This document shows, piece after piece, positions 26,520 to 36,510 of a stretch of 64,000 bases of DNA (its first letter is position 1; every line of letters begins with the position of its first letter). The stretch is taken from contig JACKGR010000004.1 in NCBI GenBank assembly GCA_020631895.1, positions 15,260 to 79,259 on the forward strand, given 5' to 3'. A program made the position numbers and the translations under genes. This stretch comes from Candidatus Nomurabacteria bacterium. GTDB taxonomy: Bacteria; Patescibacteriota; Saccharimonadia; Saccharimonadales; UBA7683. The notes under the pieces were generated by a model. It was not told the DNA's origin, did not search any database, and saw nothing but the letters and a program-made list of their open reading frames with translations.

Positions 26520-27905
26520 TTACTCTGTTCTCAGGGCCTCAATTGGGTCAAGTTTTGATGCTTTACGAGCCGGCAGTAGACCTGCAAACATAGCAACTAT
26601 CATCAGTGCGCCCACTAACATAACCATTTGCTCCGGCTTAAATTCTAATAAGCTCACTCCACTACCAAGCTCCAGCTTCTTATTGATAATCGGGTTAACC
26701 AAACTGCCTAGCGCATACCCAAATAAAATGCCCATAGTGCCTCCAATAAATCCAATCCACATCGCCTCAAAGATAAATAGCATGTTGATAGATCGTTTTC
26801 TCATGCCTAGAGCCTTCATGAGACCAATCTCGCGGGTTCTCTCAAGCACCGAGATATAAAGTGTGTTAACTATCCCAAATATTGAGGCAACGACGGTTAT
26901 TACCGAGAATACAACGATTACAATCTGAAGCGTTGAGATAAAATTGTTGATTAGCTTTTGTAAATCTTTTGAACTTTTTGAGTAATATCCGAGCTTCTCT
27001 ATTTTAGATTGAGCATCTAAAATTTTCTGCTCGTTTGTGCCGTCTTTTACACGAACAATTGCAGTTGGGTTACTCCTAAAGTTTGGCTGATTTTTAGTCA
27101 CAATATCTTGGAGAAACTGTAAATCTGTGTAATCAGCATACAGCGCAAACTCCGTGCCCGGTTGTTGTGTAGCGGTGTTTGCTCTGACACCGACGACCGT
27201 AAATGGTACTTCAGTCAAACCTTTTTGCTGAGATTCAGAAACTGCTTGGGCTGCATCTGCTGCAGATTTCTGTAACAATGCTTGTACCTCGTCCTGACTA
27301 GGAACCGATTGAGCTCTCACTGCAATAATAATCTTTTTTCCGACCGCATCTTGATTTGAGTTAAAACCAAGCGATTTTACAAATGGCTCCGGCAAAATTA
27401 CCTGTCGATTATCCTGCTTAACATTCTGATTCCCAGCAACTATGGATAGACTTTGTCTTGAGCCGAGTTGTTGAAATGTTGCAATGAACTTGTTTTGCCC
27501 TTCTCGGGATACATATTCTGGAGAGACGGTTACAACAGGTGTAACTTTTTCGCTAAACTTCTGACTTCGTAATTTCGATATGTCATCTTGAGTCATAAGT
27601 TTTACGGTTGTTAAATTGCCACCATTGCCGGCTACCGAACCAAGTGCGCCCGAATCGTTGTACTCTTTTGGTGAAGATTTGTCCTCATCACCAAACACTG
27701 CTTTATCTTTATATACAAATAGCTCGGATGGATCAAAGTTCTCTTGTAGAATTTTATCTACATAAGACCGTGCACCGTTAGTTGCAGCAAGTGTGATTAT
27801 TAGAGTAAAACCTCCAATTGCTATTGCTGTAGCTGTTAAGAATGTGCGCATTTTTGCGCTTCTCAAGCTTCTCCCAGATCTTCTTGTTATATCGCTAAGT
27901 TTCAT
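26520..27905 (-). CDS. ABC transporter permease, FtsX/MacB-type (4 TM with large extracytoplasmic domain)
   Basis: 461 aa. TM1, then a ~280-aa external domain, then 3 C-terminal TMs. LPARKASKLDPIEALR C-terminal signature of the FtsX-like permease family. Confidence 0.85.
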   Translation of the reverse strand: MKLSDITRRSGRSLRSAKMRTFLTATAIAIGGFTLIITLAATNGARSYVDKILQENFDPSELFVYKDKAVFGDEDKSSPKEYNDSGALGSVAGNGGNLTTVKLMTQDDISKLRSQKFSEKVTPVVTVSPEYVSREGQNKFIATFQQLGSRQSLSIVAGNQNVKQDNRQVILPEPFVKSLGFNSNQDAVGKKIIIAVRAQSVPSQDEVQALLQKSAADAAQAVSESQQKGLTEVPFTVVGVRANTATQQPGTEFALYADYTDLQFLQDIVTKNQPNFRSNPTAIVRVKDGTNEQKILDAQSKIEKLGYYSKSSKDLQKLINNFISTLQIVIVVFSVITVVASIFGIVNTLYISVLERTREIGLMKALGMRKRSINMLFIFEAMWIGFIGGTMGILFGYALGSLVNPIINKKLELGSGVSLLEFKPEQMVMLVGALMIVAMFAGLLPARKASKLDPIEALRTE

Positions 27906-28618
27906 TTTGTAACCTTTCTAACAGAAGTAAACTTTTTGGGTGAAATTTTCTTTACTATCTTGCCGTCTTTTAAGATAATCTGGTACTGACAGAGTTTAGC
28001 CAGGTCCTCATCATGAGTAACAACTATAAGTGTAGCGCCGAGAGTTTTGTTAAGCTCAAATAATTTTTTGATAATCAACGATCCTGTCGAGCTATCTAAG
28101 TTCCCGGTTGGTTCATCGGCAAAAATTAATTTTGGCTTATTCACAATTGACCGGGCAATCGCTAATCGTTGTTTTTGTCCACCGGACAACTTCCCGGCTT
28201 TTTGATTAATCTTCTCCGACAGATCAACTGCTGCTAAAGCTTCTTTGACCATCGATTTTCTCTTTCTACGTGGAACTCGTGCTATCTCAAGTGGCAACAT
28301 CACATTTTGAAGGCAAGTTTGATTAGCCTCAATAAAAAAGGCCTGAAATATAAAGCTCATCTCTGACGCTCTAAATTTATCAACAGCCTTTTGCTTCATC
28401 TTAGCTATTTCTGTCCCATTAATCATAACTGAACCAGAAGTTAGACGATCTAAACCACTCATAACATGCATTAATGTCGATTTACCCGACCCACTCTTAC
28501 CAATTATTGCAACTGTCGAACCTTCGGGAATAGTGAAGTTAATATTGCTAAGTGCAGTAAACGCACTATCTTTTTTACCGTAAACTTTAGTAAGATTTTT
28601 AACCTCTATCACCGTCAC
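27902..28618 (-). CDS. ABC transporter ATP-binding protein (MacB/LolD-like)
   Basis: 238 aa. GKSGSGKST Walker A, LSGGQKQRLAIARS, LIFADEPTGNLD. 4-nt overlap with the permease gene. Confidence 0.9.
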   Translation of the reverse strand: MTVIEVKNLTKVYGKKDSAFTALSNINFTIPEGSTVAIIGKSGSGKSTLMHVMSGLDRLTSGSVMINGTEIAKMKQKAVDKFRASEMSFIFQAFFIEANQTCLQNVMLPLEIARVPRRKRKSMVKEALAAVDLSEKINQKAGKLSGGQKQRLAIARSIVNKPKLIFADEPTGNLDSSTGSLIIKKLFELNKTLGATLIVVTHDEDLAKLCQYQIILKDGKIVKKISPKKFTSVRKVTK

Positions 28619-28697
28619 TCGCTTTCATTAATACACTAAGTATAACCCAGATAGCCTGTTTTAATCTATGGCGTGATTTGGTTATACGTATCTGTTG

Positions 28698-29477
28698 CTA
28701 CGGCCTCAATGTACCAGCAAATACCTGCCAAGCCAGGGCTGACTTTGCAACTAAACTTAGTATTACGTAAGCCCTCTCACCATATAGATAGTCGGACCAT
28801 CTACCGATTTTTTTATATTGCAAGATCATATTTATAGCAAACAGGTTAAAGAATACAAATATTGATACAAATATCCAGTAAACAAATGTCGGAGCAGAAC
28901 TTCCATTTTGTGCCGAAAGATAAAAATACAAAGCCACAACTACCCACGGAACTATTCCAGCCAGACAACCGATCCAGTATGTAACCCAGTATGGCTTTTC
29001 TCTACCCTGATTAGTTATCTCCATAGCAAGACCGAGTAGATTCATCACAGAAGTTAAGCTAAAAATCATGATCAGGCTACCAAGATCATAAATGCCAACC
29101 AAGAGAGAAATAGCGACCATCATAAGGCTGGCAGACAAAGAATATTCTATCCAACGAGCTTTGTTTATCCCCTTCTTTAAATCCGATTCATATCTTTTTC
29201 TGTAAACGGTTGCAATTACTAAGTGTGCCGCCGCAGACAAAACAAAGAATCCAACAATCAACCATACTAGTGATAAATCAAACAAAACTTTACTAGCTGG
29301 ATCAAGTCGTTGAGTAGCAATATTAAAGGATAGATAGTTACCCGAAACCGGTAACATAAACCCGGTGCTTAGTACCAAAACTGCAAGTGCTGACGCCGCA
29401 TGTAACAAGCCAGCTATTAAATTAAGCCGTCTTAGTTTAGAAAATTTAATTGATTCTGATTGACTCTTTTTTGCCAT
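28698..29477 (-). CDS. Heliorhodopsin (7-TM retinal protein, inverted topology family)
   Basis: 259 aa. Colinear by recall with heliorhodopsin 48C12: RWIEYSLSASLMMV (counterion Glu), CLAGIVPWVVV, GERAYVILSLVAKSALAWQVFAGTL (Schiff-base Lys in SLVAKSALAW). Both conserved His contexts present. Confidence 0.85.
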   Translation of the reverse strand: MAKKSQSESIKFSKLRRLNLIAGLLHAASALAVLVLSTGFMLPVSGNYLSFNIATQRLDPASKVLFDLSLVWLIVGFFVLSAAAHLVIATVYRKRYESDLKKGINKARWIEYSLSASLMMVAISLLVGIYDLGSLIMIFSLTSVMNLLGLAMEITNQGREKPYWVTYWIGCLAGIVPWVVVALYFYLSAQNGSSAPTFVYWIFVSIFVFFNLFAINMILQYKKIGRWSDYLYGERAYVILSLVAKSALAWQVFAGTLRP

Positions 29478-29532
29478 ATCCCCTCCTTGGTTATCTCAAT
29501 ATTACCAGAAGTGGTATAAAAGCGTAAACGAT

Positions 29533-31053
29533 TTAAAGATTGAGGTCTGGATAAATTCCCCGTGTTACCTCATCAACTTCAGCTCTAAGCTGAGGAAATG
29601 GGACGCCCTCCCTAGCCGTAACCCCTTCAAGTATCCAGAACAGCCGCTCAGCATGGCCGTATCCGCAGGTTGGTGGCATACCGTACTCAAGCATTTCTAC
29701 AAAATCAATATCAAGCATCATTGCCTCGTCATCACCTGAGTCACGCAGCTTTTGCTGCTCAGTAAATCGACCGAGCTGATCAATTGGATCATTTAACTCA
29801 GAGTAGGCCTTGCAGGCTTCCGTTCCACCCAGCAATAGATTAAACTGATCAGTTAACCGATTGTCTCCGGTTTGTAATTTAGCAAGCGGCTGTAGAAAAT
29901 CTGGAACGTCAACTAAAAAGGCTGGTCCGGCAAGTTCAACTCGAATCTTCTTCCAGAGTTTATCAATGACTCTAGACTTATTATCAATCTTCTCAACTTC
30001 TCCACCAATTTTTTTAAGTTCAGCAACAGCCTCTTCTAGAGTACAATCAAAGACATCGAGACCGTATCGTTCTTTTATAACTCCGACAAAACTAACTCTC
30101 GGAAAGTCCTCACCATCTTTTCCGAGATCAACTTCTTGACCATTCATAAGTTTAAACTGTCTTGTCCCCCAGGTTTTATCAGCTATAAATCGGACCATGT
30201 CCTGAGTGAATTTCATACCATCTTCCCAGTCTGCATATGCCCAGTACCATTCCATTGCAACGTGCTCTGGCAAGTGCTCATCGGAGTAATTCTCGTTTCT
30301 AAATCGTGGTCCAATATCAAATACCTTCTCAAAACCCGCTCCAATCAGTCTCTTTAGGGGAAGTTCATGAGAAATTCTTAGGTAGAAGTCTTGATCAAGT
30401 GCATCCATGTGGGTGACAAAAGGATTTGCATCCGCGCCACCAGTAGTTTGTTCGAGTACTGGGATATTAACTTCAACAAAATCATTATCAAGTAGAAAAT
30501 CCCGAGTCGCTCGCCAAAAATTTGACCGTCGAACAAACCTTTGACGGACATCTTCGTTTACGTTCATATCAACGTAACGTCGTCTTAGTCTCTCCTCTTT
30601 GTTGGTAAAACCTTCTTGCTGGGTTGGCATAGATCTTAGGGACTTTGTGAGTAGGCGTAGTTTTTTGACTGCAATTGAGATCTCGCCAGTTTTACTTTTG
30701 ATTACTTCACCCGAGGCCTCTATAAAATCACCTGAATCTAAAAGATTCAACTGCTCCATACTAAGTTCGCTATTACCGTAATCTGGATCATCCAACTGGC
30801 CCTCTTTAAAAAACAACTGAACTTGACCAGAATCATCTTTCAAAACGACAAACGCTAGCTTGCCAAACTTTCTAATACCAATAATCCTACCATCAGCAGT
30901 CACATCTGAACCTTCTAACTTATCAAAATCATTCAGAATTTGATTAGCTTTATGTGTCCTATTTGATTTTGCAGGGTAAGGATTTACACCGAGCGCCTTT
31001 AGCTCGTCTAATTTTCTGAGTCTCTCATCACGTAGTTCTTTTAAATTCGCCAT
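29533..31053 (-). CDS. lysS: Lysyl-tRNA synthetase, class II
   Basis: 506 aa. OB-fold N-domain and class II core (FRNENYSDEHLPEH, GGTEACKAYSELNDP). Confidence 0.95.
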   Translation of the reverse strand: MANLKELRDERLRKLDELKALGVNPYPAKSNRTHKANQILNDFDKLEGSDVTADGRIIGIRKFGKLAFVVLKDDSGQVQLFFKEGQLDDPDYGNSELSMEQLNLLDSGDFIEASGEVIKSKTGEISIAVKKLRLLTKSLRSMPTQQEGFTNKEERLRRRYVDMNVNEDVRQRFVRRSNFWRATRDFLLDNDFVEVNIPVLEQTTGGADANPFVTHMDALDQDFYLRISHELPLKRLIGAGFEKVFDIGPRFRNENYSDEHLPEHVAMEWYWAYADWEDGMKFTQDMVRFIADKTWGTRQFKLMNGQEVDLGKDGEDFPRVSFVGVIKERYGLDVFDCTLEEAVAELKKIGGEVEKIDNKSRVIDKLWKKIRVELAGPAFLVDVPDFLQPLAKLQTGDNRLTDQFNLLLGGTEACKAYSELNDPIDQLGRFTEQQKLRDSGDDEAMMLDIDFVEMLEYGMPPTCGYGHAERLFWILEGVTAREGVPFPQLRAEVDEVTRGIYPDLNL

Positions 31054-31096
31054 ATGTATCCTATTCTATCACTTGTTCTAAATTTTCTGCAGCTAA

Positions 31097-31132
31097 AAAC
31101 TCCCTGGCTTTAATTCTAGCGACAGGGAGTTT
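31097..31132 (-). terminator. Rho-independent terminator after greA
   Basis: AAACTCCCTG-(16 nt)-CAGGGAGTTT with a T-run on the minus strand. Confidence 0.55.
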
Positions 31133-31156
31133 ATTAATCTGTAACTTATTCTGTCG

Positions 31157-31612
31157 CTACTTTATCTCTTGAATCTCAACCTTAGTCTTACCTGCTGGAA
31201 GATTGATCTCGGCAGTATCTCCGACCTTCTTACCAAGTAGGGCTTTACCGATTGGTGATTGATCTGAGATTTTAGACTCGGCTGGGTTTGCTTCTACTGA
31301 GTCAACAATATGATACGTTACGATTTTTCGGCCAAGTTTAACAGATACAGAATTACCGATGCCAACAGAACTTGTGCTAGATCTCTTCACAATTTCAGCG
31401 TTTGCTAGAATATGGGTGACTTCTGCCATTCGGCTGTCTAAACGTTCCTGATCCTCTTTTGCGGCGTGGTACTCTGCATTCTCTTTTAAATCACCCTGAT
31501 CGCGAGCAGTACGAATATTATCAATAACTTCTACGAGTTTGACCTTTAATTCAGCAAGTTCTGCTTTTAGTTCTGCCACGCCCTGTTTGGTTAATTGAAA
31601 TTCTTTTTTCAT
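31157..31612 (-). CDS. greA: Transcription elongation factor GreA
   Basis: 151 aa. Coiled-coil N-domain with DLKENAEYHAAKE and C-terminal ISDQSPIGKALLGKKVGD. Confidence 0.92.
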   Translation of the reverse strand: MKKEFQLTKQGVAELKAELAELKVKLVEVIDNIRTARDQGDLKENAEYHAAKEDQERLDSRMAEVTHILANAEIVKRSSTSSVGIGNSVSVKLGRKIVTYHIVDSVEANPAESKISDQSPIGKALLGKKVGDTAEINLPAGKTKVEIQEIK

Positions 31613-31797
31613 AACTATGTCTCACTAACTCTTATTGATAAAAAATAAATACGTTTCTCCAGAAACGTATCGGAATGATTGCCACCTCATTACCGAGCTC
31701 GATTGTATCACTACAAATTTATTTTGTAAACAGAAGCTTCACTATATTTTGTGTACTAGTGCAAGCATGTACGCTATATGTAGTGTAATTACGCTAC

Positions 31798-33057
31798 TTA
31801 TAGCGCCTTATTTAATATGCCCAGAAGTGTAGTTTTATCTAACATTTCTGCCGATTCTGCCGATCTTGCTTTGTACTCAAGTCTATCAGCTTCAATTGTT
31901 TTTGCACTGACAACTACCCTATGAGGCAGTCCAATTAAATCGGCATCGGCAAATTTTTCACCCGGCCTTACATCTCGATCATCATATAACACCTCGATAC
32001 CACAATCAATTAGCTCCTTATACAGTTGATCGGCAGACTGAACGGTAGATTCATCCTCACCAATTCTAGCTAGGTACACTCTTGCTGGCGCAATGTTTTC
32101 GGGCCAAACTAAACCTTTATCGTCAGAGAAGTGCTCTGCTATCGCACCAACAAGCCTACTAATACCTATACCATAGCAACCAGCAATAATTTTTTGGTGT
32201 GCGCCTGTTTCGTCAACGTAGGTTACTCCTAAAGCATCGGTATACTTACTTTCAAGCGGAAAAATATTTCCAACCTCTATTGATTTTTTCTCCTCGAGTT
32301 TTGTTTTATCTATATCGACTTGATCCAACCTTTTATCATTTAGGACCTCTTTGTTCACGGCCAATTTATTTTTAAGATCAACAAAAATTGTATCTTCTCC
32401 GATATCGCTTAGCATCTGAAATTCATCACTAAATCGCTTAGTAAAAATACCACCATCAGCATATGTTCTGTATGTAATATCACCAATACCGAGTCTTTTA
32501 TATACTCTTTCATATGCAGTTGCAATCTTCTCGTATACTTCGTCGTGTTCGGATTGTGTTTTTGAAAAACTGTACATATCCTTCATTACAAATTCACGAC
32601 CACGCAGCAGTCCAGCTTGGGCTCTAAGCTCATTACGAAACTTTGTCTGAATCTGATAGACCATAACTGGCAAATCCTTATAAGAGCTAATGTAGTCCGA
32701 CAACATATCAACTATTGGTTCTTCGTGAGTTAAGCCCATGCCAAGTTCAGTTCCATTTAAGAGCTTCGTTTTAAACCAGTTGTCAACTTTTTTGTCATCC
32801 CATCTATCAGTTTTTTCAAAAATATCTTTTGGCTGCAAAACGGTCATTTGTACCTCTTGGCCACCAATTGAATCCATCTCTTCTCGTACGATTGTTTTAA
32901 TATTTTCGAGTACCTTAAGACCAAGTGGCATAAACACATAAACTCCCGCCATCTCTTTGTGTATAAATCCTGCCCTTATCAGCAACTGCGCATTTTTGGC
33001 GACCTCATCTGACGGAACGTCTTTGCGAGTTTTTGTAAATAATTGTGAGTATCTCAT
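31798..33057 (-). CDS. proS: Prolyl-tRNA synthetase, short form without INS editing domain
   Basis: 419 aa. MRYSQLFTKTRKD start. Motif 2 region LLRGREFVMKDMYSF. Motif 3 GCYGIGISRL only ~135 aa later. Confidence 0.9.
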   Translation of the reverse strand: MRYSQLFTKTRKDVPSDEVAKNAQLLIRAGFIHKEMAGVYVFMPLGLKVLENIKTIVREEMDSIGGQEVQMTVLQPKDIFEKTDRWDDKKVDNWFKTKLLNGTELGMGLTHEEPIVDMLSDYISSYKDLPVMVYQIQTKFRNELRAQAGLLRGREFVMKDMYSFSKTQSEHDEVYEKIATAYERVYKRLGIGDITYRTYADGGIFTKRFSDEFQMLSDIGEDTIFVDLKNKLAVNKEVLNDKRLDQVDIDKTKLEEKKSIEVGNIFPLESKYTDALGVTYVDETGAHQKIIAGCYGIGISRLVGAIAEHFSDDKGLVWPENIAPARVYLARIGEDESTVQSADQLYKELIDCGIEVLYDDRDVRPGEKFADADLIGLPHRVVVSAKTIEADRLEYKARSAESAEMLDKTTLLGILNKAL

Positions 33058-33061
33058 TAAC

Positions 33062-33817
33062 TTATCCTACCACAAATTTTGTTATTTGCTCGCCCCTCAT
33101 ATCCGTTGATGGCATAGCAATAATTGATTCGATGCCGCTACTGCTAGCCTCGCAAGCTGCCTGAAATTTTGATACCATTCCGCCCCTCCCTGTACGATTT
33201 TTATGTTTACTTGAAGTTCTTTTTGATAACATATCTTCTATGCGCACTTTATTATTAGGGTCTATAGTATCGACTAAACAATTCTCGTCATCTATTACCC
33301 CACCTTTGGCTGTAAATAGAACTAATTTGAAGGCATTAACTTTTTTAGCTATATGTGCAGCAAGACCGTCATTATCTCCTCCGACCGTAAGCTTCATTAA
33401 TTCGGTATCACTGAGTGCGTCGTTTTCATTAACTATCGAGACTACTCCTAATTTAAGTGCTGATTGCAAAGCAACCACAAACTGTGGCCCCTCGCTTGTG
33501 TCTTGAAGCTCATGATGAGTGACAAGCAAGCCTCCGGCAAGTACATTAACCTTTGCAAATGCCGATTCCCAAGCCGAGACGATACTCGAGGCTCCAAGTT
33601 GAGACAACGTAACCTCTGATAAGTTGTTACCAGATTTGACAAATTTTTTTGCTCGAGCTTGCCCGGCTTTAACTGCTCCGGAAGTTACTACTATCAAACT
33701 TGAAGGTAAGTATGTACTAACCAATCCTTTGGCATATTGGTCTATAAGTAACTGCTTGACTCCCGAATTGTTGGTGACTAATTCGGAGCCAAATTTAACG
33801 ACAATTATTTTATTCAT
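33062..33817 (-). CDS. proB: Glutamate 5-kinase (amino-acid kinase fold, no PUA domain)
   Basis: 251 aa. VVKFGSELVT, VVTSGAVKAGQ, IVNENDALS...VGGDNDGLAA, GRGGMVSKFQAA align with the E. coli ProB pattern from memory. Confidence 0.75.
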   Translation of the reverse strand: MNKIIVVKFGSELVTNNSGVKQLLIDQYAKGLVSTYLPSSLIVVTSGAVKAGQARAKKFVKSGNNLSEVTLSQLGASSIVSAWESAFAKVNVLAGGLLVTHHELQDTSEGPQFVVALQSALKLGVVSIVNENDALSDTELMKLTVGGDNDGLAAHIAKKVNAFKLVLFTAKGGVIDDENCLVDTIDPNNKVRIEDMLSKRTSSKHKNRTGRGGMVSKFQAACEASSSGIESIIAMPSTDMRGEQITKFVVG

Positions 33818-33970
33818 TATATTCCTTTACAAAAAACCCACTCTTTGATCTGAGCGGGCGTTATTTTAATGATAATCTTGAGTTCATCAAATTTACACCC
33901 TAGCGGGTGGAGTCGGTGAGCCTAAGAATATCCTAAAATATCTCATATTACTTTTATACCACAGTAGTAA

Positions 33971-34675
33971 CTAGAGCACAAAAAGCAATATAAATGCAAC
34001 ACTGTTTTTAAGTGCATGAATAAATATTCCCGGAAGAATACTTCTTGTTCTGTCCGCAAGATTACAAAGGACCAGACCCAATACAAATGTATCAAGCGCA
34101 ACATTCCACTGACCGTGCGCTAGCGCGAATAAAGAGCTAGAAATTAGCGCGGCCAACCAAAACGGACTACTTAGTCTTATACCTCTAAAGATAATTCCCC
34201 TAAAAAGAGTCTCTTCGATTATGGGTGTTAGTACAACTATGGCAATAAAACCGGCGATTTTATCTACAAGACTGAGAGGGCCGGATATACCAACATCTTG
34301 TGTCTGATTGGGATCAAAACTTTTAAACAAATAACTGATCAAGATAATAAGTAGTGAGCTAAATATTAAATATCCTATTACTGATAGTATGGTTAATTTT
34401 AACCAGTGATTCTTTGGTTTTCGGAGTCCCAGTGATGATATACCGCCACCGTATAGCTTAACCAATATCAACAGAATAAAGGCAATTGAGAAACCCAGCA
34501 CTGCGGTATTAAACAGAGTTTTTATAGAATCAGAATAAGACTCTATCGGAATAATGCTAGATAAACCTAGCGAAATAAGTTGCGAGACCATCAAAAGGCC
34601 AAAAGAGCCTACTAGTATGTAAGTTGGTGTTCTAGCCAGCTTCTGAAACATCTCCTGGCGAACAATTTTATTCAT
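33971..34675 (-). CDS. CPBP-family intramembrane glutamic endopeptidase (CAAX protease-like)
   Basis: 234 aa polytopic. EETLFRG motif 1, FALAHG motif 2, HALKN motif 3. Confidence 0.8.
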   Translation of the reverse strand: MNKIVRQEMFQKLARTPTYILVGSFGLLMVSQLISLGLSSIIPIESYSDSIKTLFNTAVLGFSIAFILLILVKLYGGGISSLGLRKPKNHWLKLTILSVIGYLIFSSLLIILISYLFKSFDPNQTQDVGISGPLSLVDKIAGFIAIVVLTPIIEETLFRGIIFRGIRLSSPFWLAALISSSLFALAHGQWNVALDTFVLGLVLCNLADRTRSILPGIFIHALKNSVAFILLFVL

Positions 34676-34682
34676 ACCAAAT

Positions 34683-35756
34683 CTAGAAGAACCGTTTAAT
34701 ATCTACTATTGTGATGATAAGCCCAAGAGCCAGCAACGCCACCATACCAGTACCGTGAATCTTCTCCTCAGTCTCTTTGGTAAGGGGTTTTCTCATTAAT
34801 CTATACAATAACATTACAAATAGTCTGCCTCCGTCAAGAGCTGGAATTGGGAGCATATTCATAACAGCTAGCGAAACCGATATGACACCTATCAAAAATA
34901 AGACAAATACAAAGCCCTGATTGGCCAGGTCTTTCAAGATAACCACTATGCCTACCGGACCAGTTACACTTTCACTAGCCTTCTGGCCTTGACCTGAAAA
35001 TAGATTGCCGACTGCACCGAAGATGCCTTTGACAGTCTCAACAGTGAACTGTGCTGTTGTTCCGACCCCTACTATAGGAGCAGACCAAGTTGATCTTAAT
35101 AGAGTTTGTTCAGCTAGAGATACACCAAAGTTACCTTTTTTTGGATCATCGCGAAGTTTTGTAGTTTTTGTGAAAGTTACTCCCTCGCTCCGGTATGCCA
35201 CTTTAACGGTTTTTCCTGCATTGTCTTTAGTAAGTTCTTGCAGCTGCTGGGCGCTATCAATCTTTGTATCGTTAACGCTAATAATACGATCTCCCTGGGA
35301 TACACCGATTGACTTTGCCGGAGAATCATCTGCAACCGATCCGGCAAAAACCTCTTGCTTGGCTACCTTTACATCACTCTTAATCGAGAATTGATTCTTG
35401 ATAATCTGCGGCATTCCAACCAATGACAATGCCGTAAAAATAACTATTGCAGCCAACCAGTTCATAATTACACCAGCGGCTATGATTCCAACCTTTTGCC
35501 TAAACCTAGCGGCGCCAAAACTACCCTTTTCGGTTGCGCTGTCATGCTCACCCTTTAATTTAACAAAACCGCCTATAGGCAACCAGTTTAGCGTGTATTC
35601 TGTCCCATTCTTTTTTGTAATTATTTTTGCCCTAGGCGGAAAACCAACCCCGAACTCTTCTACCTCGACGCCACTTTTTTTAGCTACAATAAAGTGTCCA
35701 AACTCGTGAACTACAACGAGCAAAACAAAAAGAATTATTCCGAGAGCAATTAACAT
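34683..35756 (-). CDS. rseP: Site-2 (M50) zinc metalloprotease RseP-like with PDZ
   Basis: 357 aa. HEFGHF in TM1, PDZ (GDRIISVNDTKI), NMLPIPALDGG. Confidence 0.88.
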   Translation of the reverse strand: MLIALGIILFVLLVVVHEFGHFIVAKKSGVEVEEFGVGFPPRAKIITKKNGTEYTLNWLPIGGFVKLKGEHDSATEKGSFGAARFRQKVGIIAAGVIMNWLAAIVIFTALSLVGMPQIIKNQFSIKSDVKVAKQEVFAGSVADDSPAKSIGVSQGDRIISVNDTKIDSAQQLQELTKDNAGKTVKVAYRSEGVTFTKTTKLRDDPKKGNFGVSLAEQTLLRSTWSAPIVGVGTTAQFTVETVKGIFGAVGNLFSGQGQKASESVTGPVGIVVILKDLANQGFVFVLFLIGVISVSLAVMNMLPIPALDGGRLFVMLLYRLMRKPLTKETEEKIHGTGMVALLALGLIITIVDIKRFF

Positions 35757-36460
35757 TAATTACCCCCAAATCTTCGGTTGCGTCTAGCAAATTCATCTAG
35801 CGCTTTATCAAAATCTTCTTCAGAAAATGCCGGCCAATGCTTGTCGACAAAATAAAGCTCAGCATACCTTACTCGCCAAAGCATAAAGTTACTGATTCTC
35901 ATCTCGCCACTGGTACGAATTGTAAAATCTATATCTGGGACCTCAGGATGATACAAATGCTGTGAAATTAGCTCATCGGTGACCTCATTTTCACCAAAAC
36001 CCTTGGCAATAATTGCCTTGGTCGCATCCACTAACTCACGCGAACCGCCATAATTAAAGCAAAGTGCTAGTGTTCCGCCTGTATTATTTTTTGAGTCTTC
36101 TTCTGCATCTCGCCATGCCTTTACGAGTTTTGGCGGCACTTTATCCTCTATGCCTAAAACAACTATCTTAATATTCTCTTTAATGAGCTCTTTTGAATCC
36201 TTGACTGCTAACTTCATTGCTAGGTTCATCAAATAATCAACTTCGTCCTTACTTCTACTCCAATTTTCTGTTGAGAATATATATGCAGAGACATATTTAA
36301 CACCCTTTTCAAAAGCAACTTTAGCAATTGTTTTTAGGTTTTCATATCCTTTTCTATGGCCTTCGAGAGTAGGCAAGCCTTGATCTCTGGCCCATCTACG
36401 ATTTCCATCTAATATAAAACCAACATGGGTAGGGATTGATGATGAATTATCTTGATGCAT
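35756..36460 (-). CDS. uppS: Undecaprenyl diphosphate synthase (isoprenyl transferase)
   Basis: 234 aa. HVGFILDGNRRWA, FSTENWSR, RTSGEMRISNFMLW. Confidence 0.93.
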   Translation of the reverse strand: MHQDNSSSIPTHVGFILDGNRRWARDQGLPTLEGHRKGYENLKTIAKVAFEKGVKYVSAYIFSTENWSRSKDEVDYLMNLAMKLAVKDSKELIKENIKIVVLGIEDKVPPKLVKAWRDAEEDSKNNTGGTLALCFNYGGSRELVDATKAIIAKGFGENEVTDELISQHLYHPEVPDIDFTIRTSGEMRISNFMLWRVRYAELYFVDKHWPAFSEEDFDKALDEFARRNRRFGGN

Positions 36461-36510
36461 TGGCGTTCATTATACCTGTTTTAAATCAATCAATATAGTC
36501 TGAAAGACCG

